Virus record (IMG/VR): IMGVR_UViG_3300009514_000016
Span: 1 to 64,000 of that record
Length of the DNA stretch: 64,000 nt
Source of the DNA: a virus
Strand: one strand, 5' to 3'
The translations under genes and the position numbers were made by a program. This document shows, one piece after another, positions 10,342 to 17,894 of this stretch. Position 1 is the stretch's first letter. Every line of letters starts with the position of its first letter. The notes below the pieces were generated by a model. It was not told the DNA's origin, did not search any database, and was given only the letters and a program-made list of their open reading frames with translations.

Positions 10342-10367
10342 AAACCAAGATCGGCTCTTTTCTTTTT
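10327..10367 (+). terminator. Intrinsic terminator directly upstream of the tRNA array (attenuator)
   Basis: AGAGCCGGTCCTGG-GAAA-CCAAGATCGGCTCT followed by TTTCTTTTT; the first tRNA starts 3 nt later. Confidence 0.85.
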
Positions 10368-10369
10368 AT

Positions 10370-10449
10370 GGGCGTATATCCGCTCTGCTTTACACGCAGT
10401 CGAAACGGTAATTGGTTACATAGGGGTTCGATCCCCTTTACGCCTACCA
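10370..10449 (+). tRNA. Non-canonical tRNA-Val(TAC)-like gene
   Basis: Acceptor GGGCGTA/TACGCCT-A-CCA, T-arm AGGGG-TTCGATC-CCCTT, anticodon arm CTGC-TTTACAC-GCAG. No D-arm at the normal position. Confidence 0.65.
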
Positions 10450-10455
10450 AATAAT

Positions 10456-10531
10456 GATCGGGTAGTTCAGTTGGAAGAACGCAATGCTGACATCATTGAG
10501 GCCGCAGGTTCAAGTCCTGCCTCGATCACCA
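10456..10531 (+). tRNA. tRNA-Val(GAC)
   Basis: Cloverleaf; anticodon arm CAATG-CTGACAT-CATTG; encoded CCA. Confidence 0.92.
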
Positions 10532-10614
10532 ATAATCTGAGACGAACGCGAATTGGTTATCTACGATTAATAGGAAAACCCCAATTTGCAATAAACTTGT
10601 TCAGATTAATTATT

Positions 10615-10692
10615 GGCTGCGTAACTCAATTTGGTCAGAGTAGCACTTTCATACGGTGCAAGTTGTAGGTTCGAATCCTACCGCAGCTACCA
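10615..10692 (+). tRNA. tRNA-CAT (elongator Met favoured; Ile2 not excluded)
   Basis: GCACT-TTCATAC-GGTGC anticodon arm; lacks initiator features; encoded CCA. Confidence 0.88.
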
Positions 10693-10733
10693 AAGGTCAG
10701 ATTTTCTAGAAATAGAAAATTACCAAATATTTT

Positions 10734-10810
10734 GGGTCTGTGGTGTAACGGTTAACACACTATTCTGATAAAATAGAGACAGCTTGGTTCAATTCCAGCC
10801 AGACCTACCA
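10734..10810 (+). tRNA. tRNA-Ile(GAT)
   Basis: CTATT-CTGATAA-AATAG; encoded CCA. Confidence 0.9.
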
Positions 10811-10819
10811 GTAAAATAT

Positions 10820-10897
10820 AGGACGATAGCTAAATTGGCACAGCATTCGGCTCTTAACCGAAAGATTATCTGGGTTCAAATCCCAGTCGTCCTACCA
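10820..10897 (+). tRNA. tRNA-Lys(CTT)
   Basis: TTCGG-CTCTTAA-CCGAA; encoded CCA. Confidence 0.92.
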
Positions 10898-10905
10898 AAC
10901 AATTT

Positions 10906-10993
10906 GGGTCCATTGCCTAGCGGACGAAGGCACCGGGCTTTTAACCCGGAGTGCGTAAGCCCATCGAAGGTTCGAATCCTTCTGGACCCACCA
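10906..10993 (+). tRNA. tRNA-Lys(TTT) with long variable arm
   Basis: CCGGG-CTTTTAA-CCCGG; 16-nt variable region; encoded CCA. Confidence 0.88.
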
Positions 10994-11030
10994 ATAAAAA
11001 GAGACCACAGTAATGTGGTCTCTTTTTATT
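10993..11030. terminator. Bidirectional intrinsic terminator closing the tRNA operon
   Basis: AATAAAAAGAGACCAC-AGTAAT-GTGGTCTCTTTTTATT between convergent units. Confidence 0.85.
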
Positions 11031-11058
11031 TAAGCATTAAAGAAATAATTTAACTATG

Positions 11059-11724
11059 TTATTTATTTTCTCTCTCTTTTGTCGTTTTTATTTTATTTTT
11101 ATTTCTATTAGGTTCGACACTGTTTTTCATGTGACTATTCATTGATGTAGAACCATTTTTATAGTGTACTGAATAACCATTAGAATCTATTCTGGCAGGC
11201 CCGTCAGCTCTGTGTAGTTTCCCATTTCTATGCCATTTTAAATTGCCATTATGCATCCATGATGGTCTGTCGTCCCAACTATGCAGTTCGCCTTTGTGGT
11301 TTACTGTATATTGCGCCCCTGTTTCTTTATCAGTTCTGTATTCTTTGTAATTCGCTATCGGGACAGCTAGAGCGAATATTTCTACCAATTCATTAATTTT
11401 TGAATCAACATTCTTTATCTGCATTTGCAAAGATGTTTTTATTGAATTGCAGTATTGTTTTATTTCCATTATCTTCTCATGAACTGTGTCATAACTTATG
11501 TCTGGAAAGTCAAGTGAGCATTTTTCATTTAAATATGAATCGATTGAATCGATTAATGAATTTTCTTCAGATTCTTCATTGTCGTCAATGTCTATCGAAA
11601 TGGTATCTTTAGTTATATGATTTGGGGCAGATGGATCTATGTAATCTGGCGCATGGCGTTTTATTTTATCATTTTTATTGATCAGTTCATTTGCGATTTT
11701 TAATTTGTTAATATCAATTCCCAT
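11059..11724 (-). CDS. Hypothetical protein with LHRxDGPA-type repeats
   Basis: GELHSWDDRPSW, GKLHRADGPARI; a repeat type common in large viruses. Confidence 0.7.
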   Translation of the reverse strand: MGIDINKLKIANELINKNDKIKRHAPDYIDPSAPNHITKDTISIDIDDNEESEENSLIDSIDSYLNEKCSLDFPDISYDTVHEKIMEIKQYCNSIKTSLQMQIKNVDSKINELVEIFALAVPIANYKEYRTDKETGAQYTVNHKGELHSWDDRPSWMHNGNLKWHRNGKLHRADGPARIDSNGYSVHYKNGSTSMNSHMKNSVEPNRNKNKIKTTKERENK

Positions 11725-11895
11725 GGGAATTCCCTTGCAGTTTGCAATTCATCTTAAATTTATAGAATTCTAAATTCAGTAAATCCAACAAACAACTTAT
11801 TTGTTGCAACTATATTTGCTAAAACTAAACATTAGTTTTGAGACAATAATAGGTGATGAACACAGGCATATTGTTTTGCGCTGGAATTTATTCCT

Positions 11896-12405
11896 TTAAA
11901 TTTCAAGCCATTTATAGTTGTCCATTTTGAAGTCTGGATCAACTATTGATCTTATTTCAAAGTAATGGTCTTCATCGTATGTCGCCCTAACGTTCCCATC
12001 TATGATTGCCATGATGTGTCCCAAGTTGACTCCCATGAAAACTGATGAAGCTTGAAATCTTATGACTCCACCTCTGAAAACTGCATAGGAAACATCTAAT
12101 CCTTTTCCGTCAGGGAGCGCAGCAATATTGTGATAGTAGATATCATCATCTTTTGTTAAAGTGCGATCTTTCTCATTCGAGTTTATGATCTCGATGAAGT
12201 AGATTTGTTTCCATTGGAAGCAGTACACTTCTTTGTTTTTTGTGAAAACAATTTCTTCCGGGCCGCTTCGTTTAATCTTAACATTTCTTAAAGTAAGATT
12301 GGCTTTTAAAAACACATCGCAATCAGCGCCAGTATACATGTATGTTTTTGGATCGCAATAGATTGACGTAACTGGATAGAGCCTATATTTTCGATATAAT
12401 TTCAT
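11896..12405 (-). CDS. Hypothetical protein, YxxLEI tail
   Basis: Ends DNYKWLEI; TGTATAAT upstream. Confidence 0.7.
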   Translation of the reverse strand: MKLYRKYRLYPVTSIYCDPKTYMYTGADCDVFLKANLTLRNVKIKRSGPEEIVFTKNKEVYCFQWKQIYFIEIINSNEKDRTLTKDDDIYYHNIAALPDGKGLDVSYAVFRGGVIRFQASSVFMGVNLGHIMAIIDGNVRATYDEDHYFEIRSIVDPDFKMDNYKWLEI

Positions 12406-12501
12406 TTTGTTTTTCTCTGTTGCACATTATATTATACATCCGAATAAAAGCAGGCAAATACGTTAATTTATTTTATAATATCATTAAAAGGAGATTTTAA
12501 A

Positions 12502-13161
12502 ATGGCGTATCTAATTGCTAACCTTCCACCTGTTCAGTGCTTTATTAAAAAAGAGTATCTGTATGACCTAGAGAAAGGTCATGGAGAATTGACTCCTTGC
12601 ATATGGGTGACAGTGAAATCGATAAAAGGCAGAGCTTTATATATTGAGTCATTGATCCCCGAGTATGGAGCGCTATATGATAAGCTTCCTTTGAGTGCTT
12701 ATGTGTGGAAAGCAGACTTCAATGAAGAAGAGCACTACTTATTAGACTTTTTAGAGATTTGGGATGCATTCTCTTATAATATATCTGTTTTAGAAAAAGC
12801 ATCGCTAAAAGGCTTGAGATGCAAAGTATTTATGAAGAATAAACAATGGGCGCATGGAACTTATATGTTTACCATAGATTCGTGTCATAGTGAACCGAAT
12901 GAATTGAATACTTCATTATCTGAAACTCCTAACGAGCATAAATCATTCAACATAATTAAACTGGATAATGGCCAGTTCGCAGCGCAGCCAAACAATAGGA
13001 TTATATGGTTTGAACAGAGTTTAATTCCTATTGAAGTTAAAACTCCAGATTTTAAAGTATCCACCAAAGAATATTCAGTAGAAATATCGGAGAAATGGTC
13101 TGCTGGAAGTCAGAATAAATATTTCTATGAAATAGAAGAAGGCAATAAATCAGAAGATTAG
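12502..13161 (+). CDS. Conserved phage hypothetical protein
   Basis: AAGGAG RBS. Motifs MAYLIANLPP...EHKSFNIIKLDNGQFAAQPNNR resemble a family I recall from aquatic phages. Confidence 0.75.
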   Translation: MAYLIANLPPVQCFIKKEYLYDLEKGHGELTPCIWVTVKSIKGRALYIESLIPEYGALYDKLPLSAYVWKADFNEEEHYLLDFLEIWDAFSYNISVLEKASLKGLRCKVFMKNKQWAHGTYMFTIDSCHSEPNELNTSLSETPNEHKSFNIIKLDNGQFAAQPNNRIIWFEQSLIPIEVKTPDFKVSTKEYSVEISEKWSAGSQNKYFYEIEEGNKSED

Positions 13162-13565
13162 ATTTCCAAATTTTCATAGAATGATTTATTTTCTCTGATA
13201 ATAGTTTCCCCGTGGAATTCTTTTATCGCGGTCAATAATTCTTTTTTATTCAATTTTTCTGATTTGGGGATATGTCCTCGTTTTAGATCTGGATCAAATC
13301 TCCACAATAGCTCGTTTGGAAGTATATTAAATCCGATTTTTGTTTTGTCAAACAAATTGAGCATAACAAGATATATCACTGCATGTGAAGTATTGTTTTC
13401 AATAATCTTACCTTCAAATTCAACAGATGATGGGTTATTGCCGCCAAGCATAGTTGTTTTTAGAATAATCCAATCTTCGTTGTCCCATCTGATAACGTCA
13501 TTTTTAATCAAAAAGACAGCAGAAACCCCAGTATATCCCTTGTCGTTAAAAAAATGATGTGCCAT
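13158..13565 (-). CDS. Hypothetical SH3/KOW-like protein, YxxLEI tail
   Basis: Ends SFYENLEI. Confidence 0.7.
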   Translation of the reverse strand: MAHHFFNDKGYTGVSAVFLIKNDVIRWDNEDWIILKTTMLGGNNPSSVEFEGKIIENNTSHAVIYLVMLNLFDKTKIGFNILPNELLWRFDPDLKRGHIPKSEKLNKKELLTAIKEFHGETIIRENKSFYENLEI

Positions 13566-14134
13566 TATATTTCAACCATTCTATATCTCGGATCATCTAT
13601 TCCATTGTCAAAATCTGCTTTAAATCTTGGCCGGAAAACAATTATCGGATCATTGAAAGAACACTGCATTTTAATCTCTTTGTCTTTGAAAGACTCAGAA
13701 GCGAACTGAGTCCCTTTAACATGAAGGTAGACATCATTGTATTTTTTGCCAACTAATAGTTTCTGAACTTCAACTATGAATTGGCCTTCATGTTTAACGA
13801 TGATATCTTCGCGCTCTAGTAATCCACATTTAGTTTGGACAATATCGCAGTGCATTAAGCAGTGTCTTAAGTTTTCATCATTAAATGCGCAGATGCTCTC
13901 GTTGGGATAATTAAAGAAACTAGCTCCGTCCTGCGTGGCATCATTAAAAGCTTGAGTTTCTATTTTGTTTTCTCCATTCTCTGATGATTGGAATCCCCTT
14001 ATACTAACAACGGAATAGAATTTACAATCATAGTAAATCTTATCGCTAACAAGCAGATCTTTGAATTTAATGTTTCTGAATCCAATGGCGTATGCTTTAT
14101 CTCTTAGATCTTTGTCTTCTTCTATGTGACTCAT
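13565..14134 (-). CDS. Hypothetical protein with two SH3/KOW-like repeats, YxxVEI tail
   Basis: Start moved to MSHIEEDK to avoid overlap with 14137..14388; ends PRYRMVEI. Confidence 0.7.
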   Translation of the reverse strand: MSHIEEDKDLRDKAYAIGFRNIKFKDLLVSDKIYYDCKFYSVVSIRGFQSSENGENKIETQAFNDATQDGASFFNYPNESICAFNDENLRHCLMHCDIVQTKCGLLEREDIIVKHEGQFIVEVQKLLVGKKYNDVYLHVKGTQFASESFKDKEIKMQCSFNDPIIVFRPRFKADFDNGIDDPRYRMVEI

Positions 14135-14136
14135 TT

Positions 14137-14388
14137 TTATGTTGGCCACAATACTACGGCTGGAATCCCGTCTTCTGCAACATCTTCTTCTGAATAGCCC
14201 TGTTTCTCTAGTTCTGGAGTTAATTTTTCCAACCCGAGGTATCCACTGCATCCATCTTCAATATAAGCGGAATAACTAAACTCATAGAGCGGAGAAAAAT
14301 CATTTCCCTCTGGATCTCCTGACATAACGATAATTCTGTCTTTGTTTTCTACTGCTTGCAGTGCTTCAATCAATTCTTTCACAGTCAT
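14137..14388 (-). CDS. Small phage hypothetical protein (MTVKELIEAL family)
   Basis: GGAG RBS; TATAAT upstream; DPEGNDFSP motif. Confidence 0.75.
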   Translation of the reverse strand: MTVKELIEALQAVENKDRIIVMSGDPEGNDFSPLYEFSYSAYIEDGCSGYLGLEKLTPELEKQGYSEEDVAEDGIPAVVLWPT

Positions 14389-14427
14389 AATAAATCTCCA
14401 AATGGTTTGAATCTATTATACTACAAA

Positions 14428-14781
14428 CTATATTTCAATAAAATCATAAAATGTTTTGTCATTTTGATGTGTTTTGATTTTTTCTGCGCCTTTGCTTAAG
14501 ACTTTATATGAATAATCTTTAACGCAGTTTGTGCTTCTAACTTCTTTATCTAGTGGATCTTCTTTGAAATAAATTTCGTACCATCCCTTTTCATCGGCAA
14601 GTTGATCCCGATTAACCACTTGAGTGACAATTCCCATATAAGATATGCTATTGAATGGAGGTGGAGGAATGTAGAATATATCTCCAGGGCACAGATCTAT
14701 AACCTCAGTTTCTTTCCAGTATTCTCCAGGAAGCAAATCATCTAAATTAACAGGGATTCTTGGTGTGTCTGCAAACATCAT
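14428..14781 (-). CDS. Hypothetical SH3/KOW-like protein, YxxIEI tail
   Basis: Ends DKTFYDFIEI; paralog of the upstream gene's C-terminal half. Confidence 0.7.
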   Translation of the reverse strand: MMFADTPRIPVNLDDLLPGEYWKETEVIDLCPGDIFYIPPPPFNSISYMGIVTQVVNRDQLADEKGWYEIYFKEDPLDKEVRSTNCVKDYSYKVLSKGAEKIKTHQNDKTFYDFIEI

Positions 14782-15485
14782 ATCTCCAAAAAATCATAAA
14801 ATGTTTTGTCACTCTTTTTAGGAAGTGGAACATCTTTTTCCCGCAAAATTTCGACAATATAGTCCATTGCGCAACTCCATGCTCGATGTTTGCCAGTGGA
14901 ATCAATAAAATGAATCTTTTGCCATCCATTATGCTCATCTGATGGTATTGGATGTTTCTCGATTTGGATAATCTGCCCCACATGACCTGTGATTAATCCA
15001 AAATCATCACTCGGATCAGCCGGAATAAATATTATTTCTCCAACATTAATATCATAAGCAGCGGTTATTTGCCAACACTGATGATCCTCAATGCTGCCGT
15101 GGGATTTGGGAATTAAATTAGTCCATACAGTCGCTGATTTCTTTTCATCTTCTTCATCGGAACTCACTTCTGTGCCAAAAATTGCCTGATCAAACGTTGG
15201 AATGTCAAAGAATTTTTTGCCATTTATTCCAAGCCCCGATAAAGCGCCTTCAAAGATGTTTGGAGTGATTTTTGGTTTTCCCGATCCGCTATAAATTTGA
15301 AGTCCTGGCCAGAAATAAGGAATTGTAAATGTGCTGGCGAGATTTGATTCGCTATCAACCTTGAAATGAATTGTGGCTTGCTTTTCAGAGAGATCAATGT
15401 CAATGACTAGACCCATGAAAGTCCCGTTCACCCCAATTAGGTCGCCAATTTTGATTTGCTTAACTTCAACATTGACCCAGTTCAT
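14778..15485 (-). CDS. Hypothetical protein with two SH3/KOW-like domains, YxxLEI tail
   Basis: Ends DKTFYDFLEI. Confidence 0.7.
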   Translation of the reverse strand: MNWVNVEVKQIKIGDLIGVNGTFMGLVIDIDLSEKQATIHFKVDSESNLASTFTIPYFWPGLQIYSGSGKPKITPNIFEGALSGLGINGKKFFDIPTFDQAIFGTEVSSDEEDEKKSATVWTNLIPKSHGSIEDHQCWQITAAYDINVGEIIFIPADPSDDFGLITGHVGQIIQIEKHPIPSDEHNGWQKIHFIDSTGKHRAWSCAMDYIVEILREKDVPLPKKSDKTFYDFLEI

Positions 15486-15489
15486 TTAA

Positions 15490-15969
15490 TTAACACGTCT
15501 CGCTGTAATTGCATTGACTGCAAATCAAAGCGTTTCCTTTTGGACTCATTGACTGCTCTATCGGTTTACATACCGGGCATTTCCAATGCAGTTGTCTCCC
15601 CCTGTCTATGGCTGGCCAATGATCTTCATGAATAACTTCTCTTTGTTCGCTGTGCATATTAGTGTAACTATAAAATTCATCTGAATCTATATGGAACATT
15701 TCACTTCCATTGATTTTACACCTGTCCCACGACCCAAGTTTGCCCTTTAATTTTTTGAAAAGGTCATCTATTTCAGAGTCATTGAATTTATATTCTGGTT
15801 GCGGTCGAAATCTGCCATCTCCATCAGCGTAAAATGCGACAGTTCTAGATGAGCCAGCGCTCCCAAGATATCTCATTTGCTCAAACAACTCATACAGAGC
15901 CATCGTATCAGCGACATCCAAATTCGGAATGGTTACTGTAAAATCTACTTTTTTATTTTTAGTGTCCAT
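15490..15969 (-). CDS. Hypothetical protein with C-terminal zinc ribbon
   Basis: GSSRTVAFYADGDGRFRP motif; CPVC...CSQC. Confidence 0.75.
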   Translation of the reverse strand: MDTKNKKVDFTVTIPNLDVADTMALYELFEQMRYLGSAGSSRTVAFYADGDGRFRPQPEYKFNDSEIDDLFKKLKGKLGSWDRCKINGSEMFHIDSDEFYSYTNMHSEQREVIHEDHWPAIDRGRQLHWKCPVCKPIEQSMSPKGNALICSQCNYSETC

Positions 15970-16008
15970 AATTGTCCTTGCATAGAGTCCGTTACATTAT
16001 ACATGAGA

Positions 16009-16287
16009 CTAGATTTCTAGTGCGCCATAAGGATCAGTTCTGTAATCGGATTCTAACTCGTCCATAAAAACACTCAGGCAATGTCCATAATCTTCTTCCC
16101 AATGATATATTTTGTCGTGATACGACTTATGAGTCAGCCCTTCAATGCTTTCTCTAATAAATATTAGAGACGCCATTTGCTCTGAATTTGGAGTCGTCAT
16201 GAATCGAACAAATCCGCCAGTTAGCATATCGCGAGTGTAACCATGATTGGTCCAGATCAAATATGATAAAGTCATGGTTATAAAAAA
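16009..16287 (-). pseudogene. 3' half of an LEI-tail gene interrupted by the TnpB element
   Basis: Ends DPYGALEI; joins in frame to 17571..17765 when 16288..17570 is removed. Confidence 0.55.
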
Positions 16288-17570
16288 CAGGGACAATCAG
16301 GAACACTGATTATCATTATTTTTCATTTTTCTTTCTTTTGCAGCCCAGGGACCATAACAGGATTATTTAATCCTTCCACCTGAGAAAAACAAGAATTTCC
16401 ATCACTATTCTGTGACTTGAGAATCTCCTCCTGCAACCGCTTCTGCGTTCTTCTTAACAAATTAAGTGATCCCACATAATCTGCGTCAGCTTTATGTCCG
16501 CATTGTTTGCAATGAAAACTCTCCTTACTCCTGTTCTTAATGGACTCCCAACCACAAAGCGGACATATCCTGGAAGTGTTTTTTGGATCAACCTCTAAAA
16601 GATGAACACGGTTCTCTTCTGACTTGTTTCTGATCCTCATTACCACCTGAGAATATGCCCATGGGGCCATCTGTTTTCTTAACTTCTTATAACTCTTCTT
16701 TGAAGTGTTCTTCTTCAAATTTGTCAAATCTTCAATTCCTAAAACCTGGATTTCATCCCAAGGGAGATTCTTAATAACCTTAGCAATATAGTCATCTCTC
16801 CTCTTAATGGCTCTCCTTTTAGCTATGGAACCTTGCTTCTTTCTAGCAACAGCTTGACATAGTTCCTTAATTTTTATTCCATATCTCCTATTCTTATTGT
16901 CAACACAGAGTTTATTATAACCAAGGTCAATTGCTAAAGTGTCTCCCTTAGTCTTTAATGGAGTGTCAGGAACTTCAACAAATAAACTGATATATTTATT
17001 GGATAACTGACAACCTTGAAGCAGTTTAGCCCCTGGTTTCTTTAACCACCTGTTTAGTGCTCTATTTGATTTAATAGGAACTTCAATTGGAGAACCTTTT
17101 TTCATTCCAGAGATTCTAACACAATAATCAAAGTGTTCTTGTCTAAATTTTTCAACTTTGCAAGTGTTTATAGAAAGTCTGATTGCTCCTTCAACTTTTG
17201 GAACAGAAGCTTTAACTTTTAGTGCTTTTGCTGATTTCTTTGTGGAAATAACAGTTTCCAAAGAAAATTTTAATGCTTCAGTCTTTTGCCTATAACCAAG
17301 AGAGCCAGAATTTAATCTTTTCAATGTTTTAGCATCTAGCTTCCCTTTTTCTATCCAAAGAGAGGGAATATAAGAATTCACTGCATGAAGAAGCTCTCTT
17401 CTATAAGCTTGAAGAGCTTTCTTTTTCTCTTGAGTTAGATGGGATATGGATATTTTAAAACTTCTTAACATAGTGTGTTTATTATACAATGGATTATTTT
17501 GCGGAAAGTGAAAACAAGGAACGTTCCTTATTGTGAGATTTTTGTCTTAGATTGTCCTTATTTGTCCCTA
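16288..17570 (-). mobile_element. Non-autonomous TnpB-only element (about 1.28 kb) with short terminal inverted repeats
   Basis: Ends TAGGGACAA / TTGTCCCTG on the minus strand; subterminal GACAA-type repeats; no transposase inside. Confidence 0.6.
16323..17471 (-). CDS. tnpB: TnpB-family RNA-guided nuclease
   Basis: RuvC-I AIDLG, RuvC-II GIEDL, Zn ribbon CPLCG/CKQCG, RuvC-III ADADYVGSLN. The ATG start (MLRSFK) is 9 nt after TGTATAAT. Confidence 0.92.
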   Translation of the reverse strand: MLRSFKISISHLTQEKKKALQAYRRELLHAVNSYIPSLWIEKGKLDAKTLKRLNSGSLGYRQKTEALKFSLETVISTKKSAKALKVKASVPKVEGAIRLSINTCKVEKFRQEHFDYCVRISGMKKGSPIEVPIKSNRALNRWLKKPGAKLLQGCQLSNKYISLFVEVPDTPLKTKGDTLAIDLGYNKLCVDNKNRRYGIKIKELCQAVARKKQGSIAKRRAIKRRDDYIAKVIKNLPWDEIQVLGIEDLTNLKKNTSKKSYKKLRKQMAPWAYSQVVMRIRNKSEENRVHLLEVDPKNTSRICPLCGWESIKNRSKESFHCKQCGHKADADYVGSLNLLRRTQKRLQEEILKSQNSDGNSCFSQVEGLNNPVMVPGLQKKEK

Positions 17571-17765
17571 TTTTGGAAAACTGTAAGTCATGCTGTTATC
17601 TGGATTAGTTTTGTTTTCAAAAACCTTGTCAACAATATGAATGCGAGAAAAGGCTTCTTCAGAAAGAATCAAATCTCCATTATAAATGATGGTGTGATCT
17701 TTAAGGAAACATATCCCATCGCCTGTTTTAAGATAGAATGGATATATCAGCGCTATTGTCTGCAT
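17571..17765 (-). pseudogene. 5' half of the gene interrupted by the TnpB element
   Basis: Carries the LKTGDGI SH3-like signature of the LEI family; its TAG stop is the first 3 nt of the element's inverted repeat. Confidence 0.55.
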
Positions 17766-17894
17766 TATATGTCCTAATTGAAGTCTATTAATTTAAGCGA
17801 TTTTCTGTTCATTTTTCCTTCATTTTAGAAGATGATTTTTGAAAAACATAAAGAATATATGAGAATATAGACATATTGCGGAAAATCCTCAAAA

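Noticed and set aside
10615-10692. Initiator tRNA-fMet
   Set aside because: Lacks the three consecutive G-C anticodon-stem pairs and the C1:A72 mismatch.
10471-11053. ORFs 10471..10668 and 10784..11053
   Set aside because: They overlap well-formed tRNA genes and are spurious.
16323-17489. TnpB as a Cas12f-type CRISPR effector
   Set aside because: No repeat-spacer array or cas genes nearby; the flanks look like mobile-element ends.
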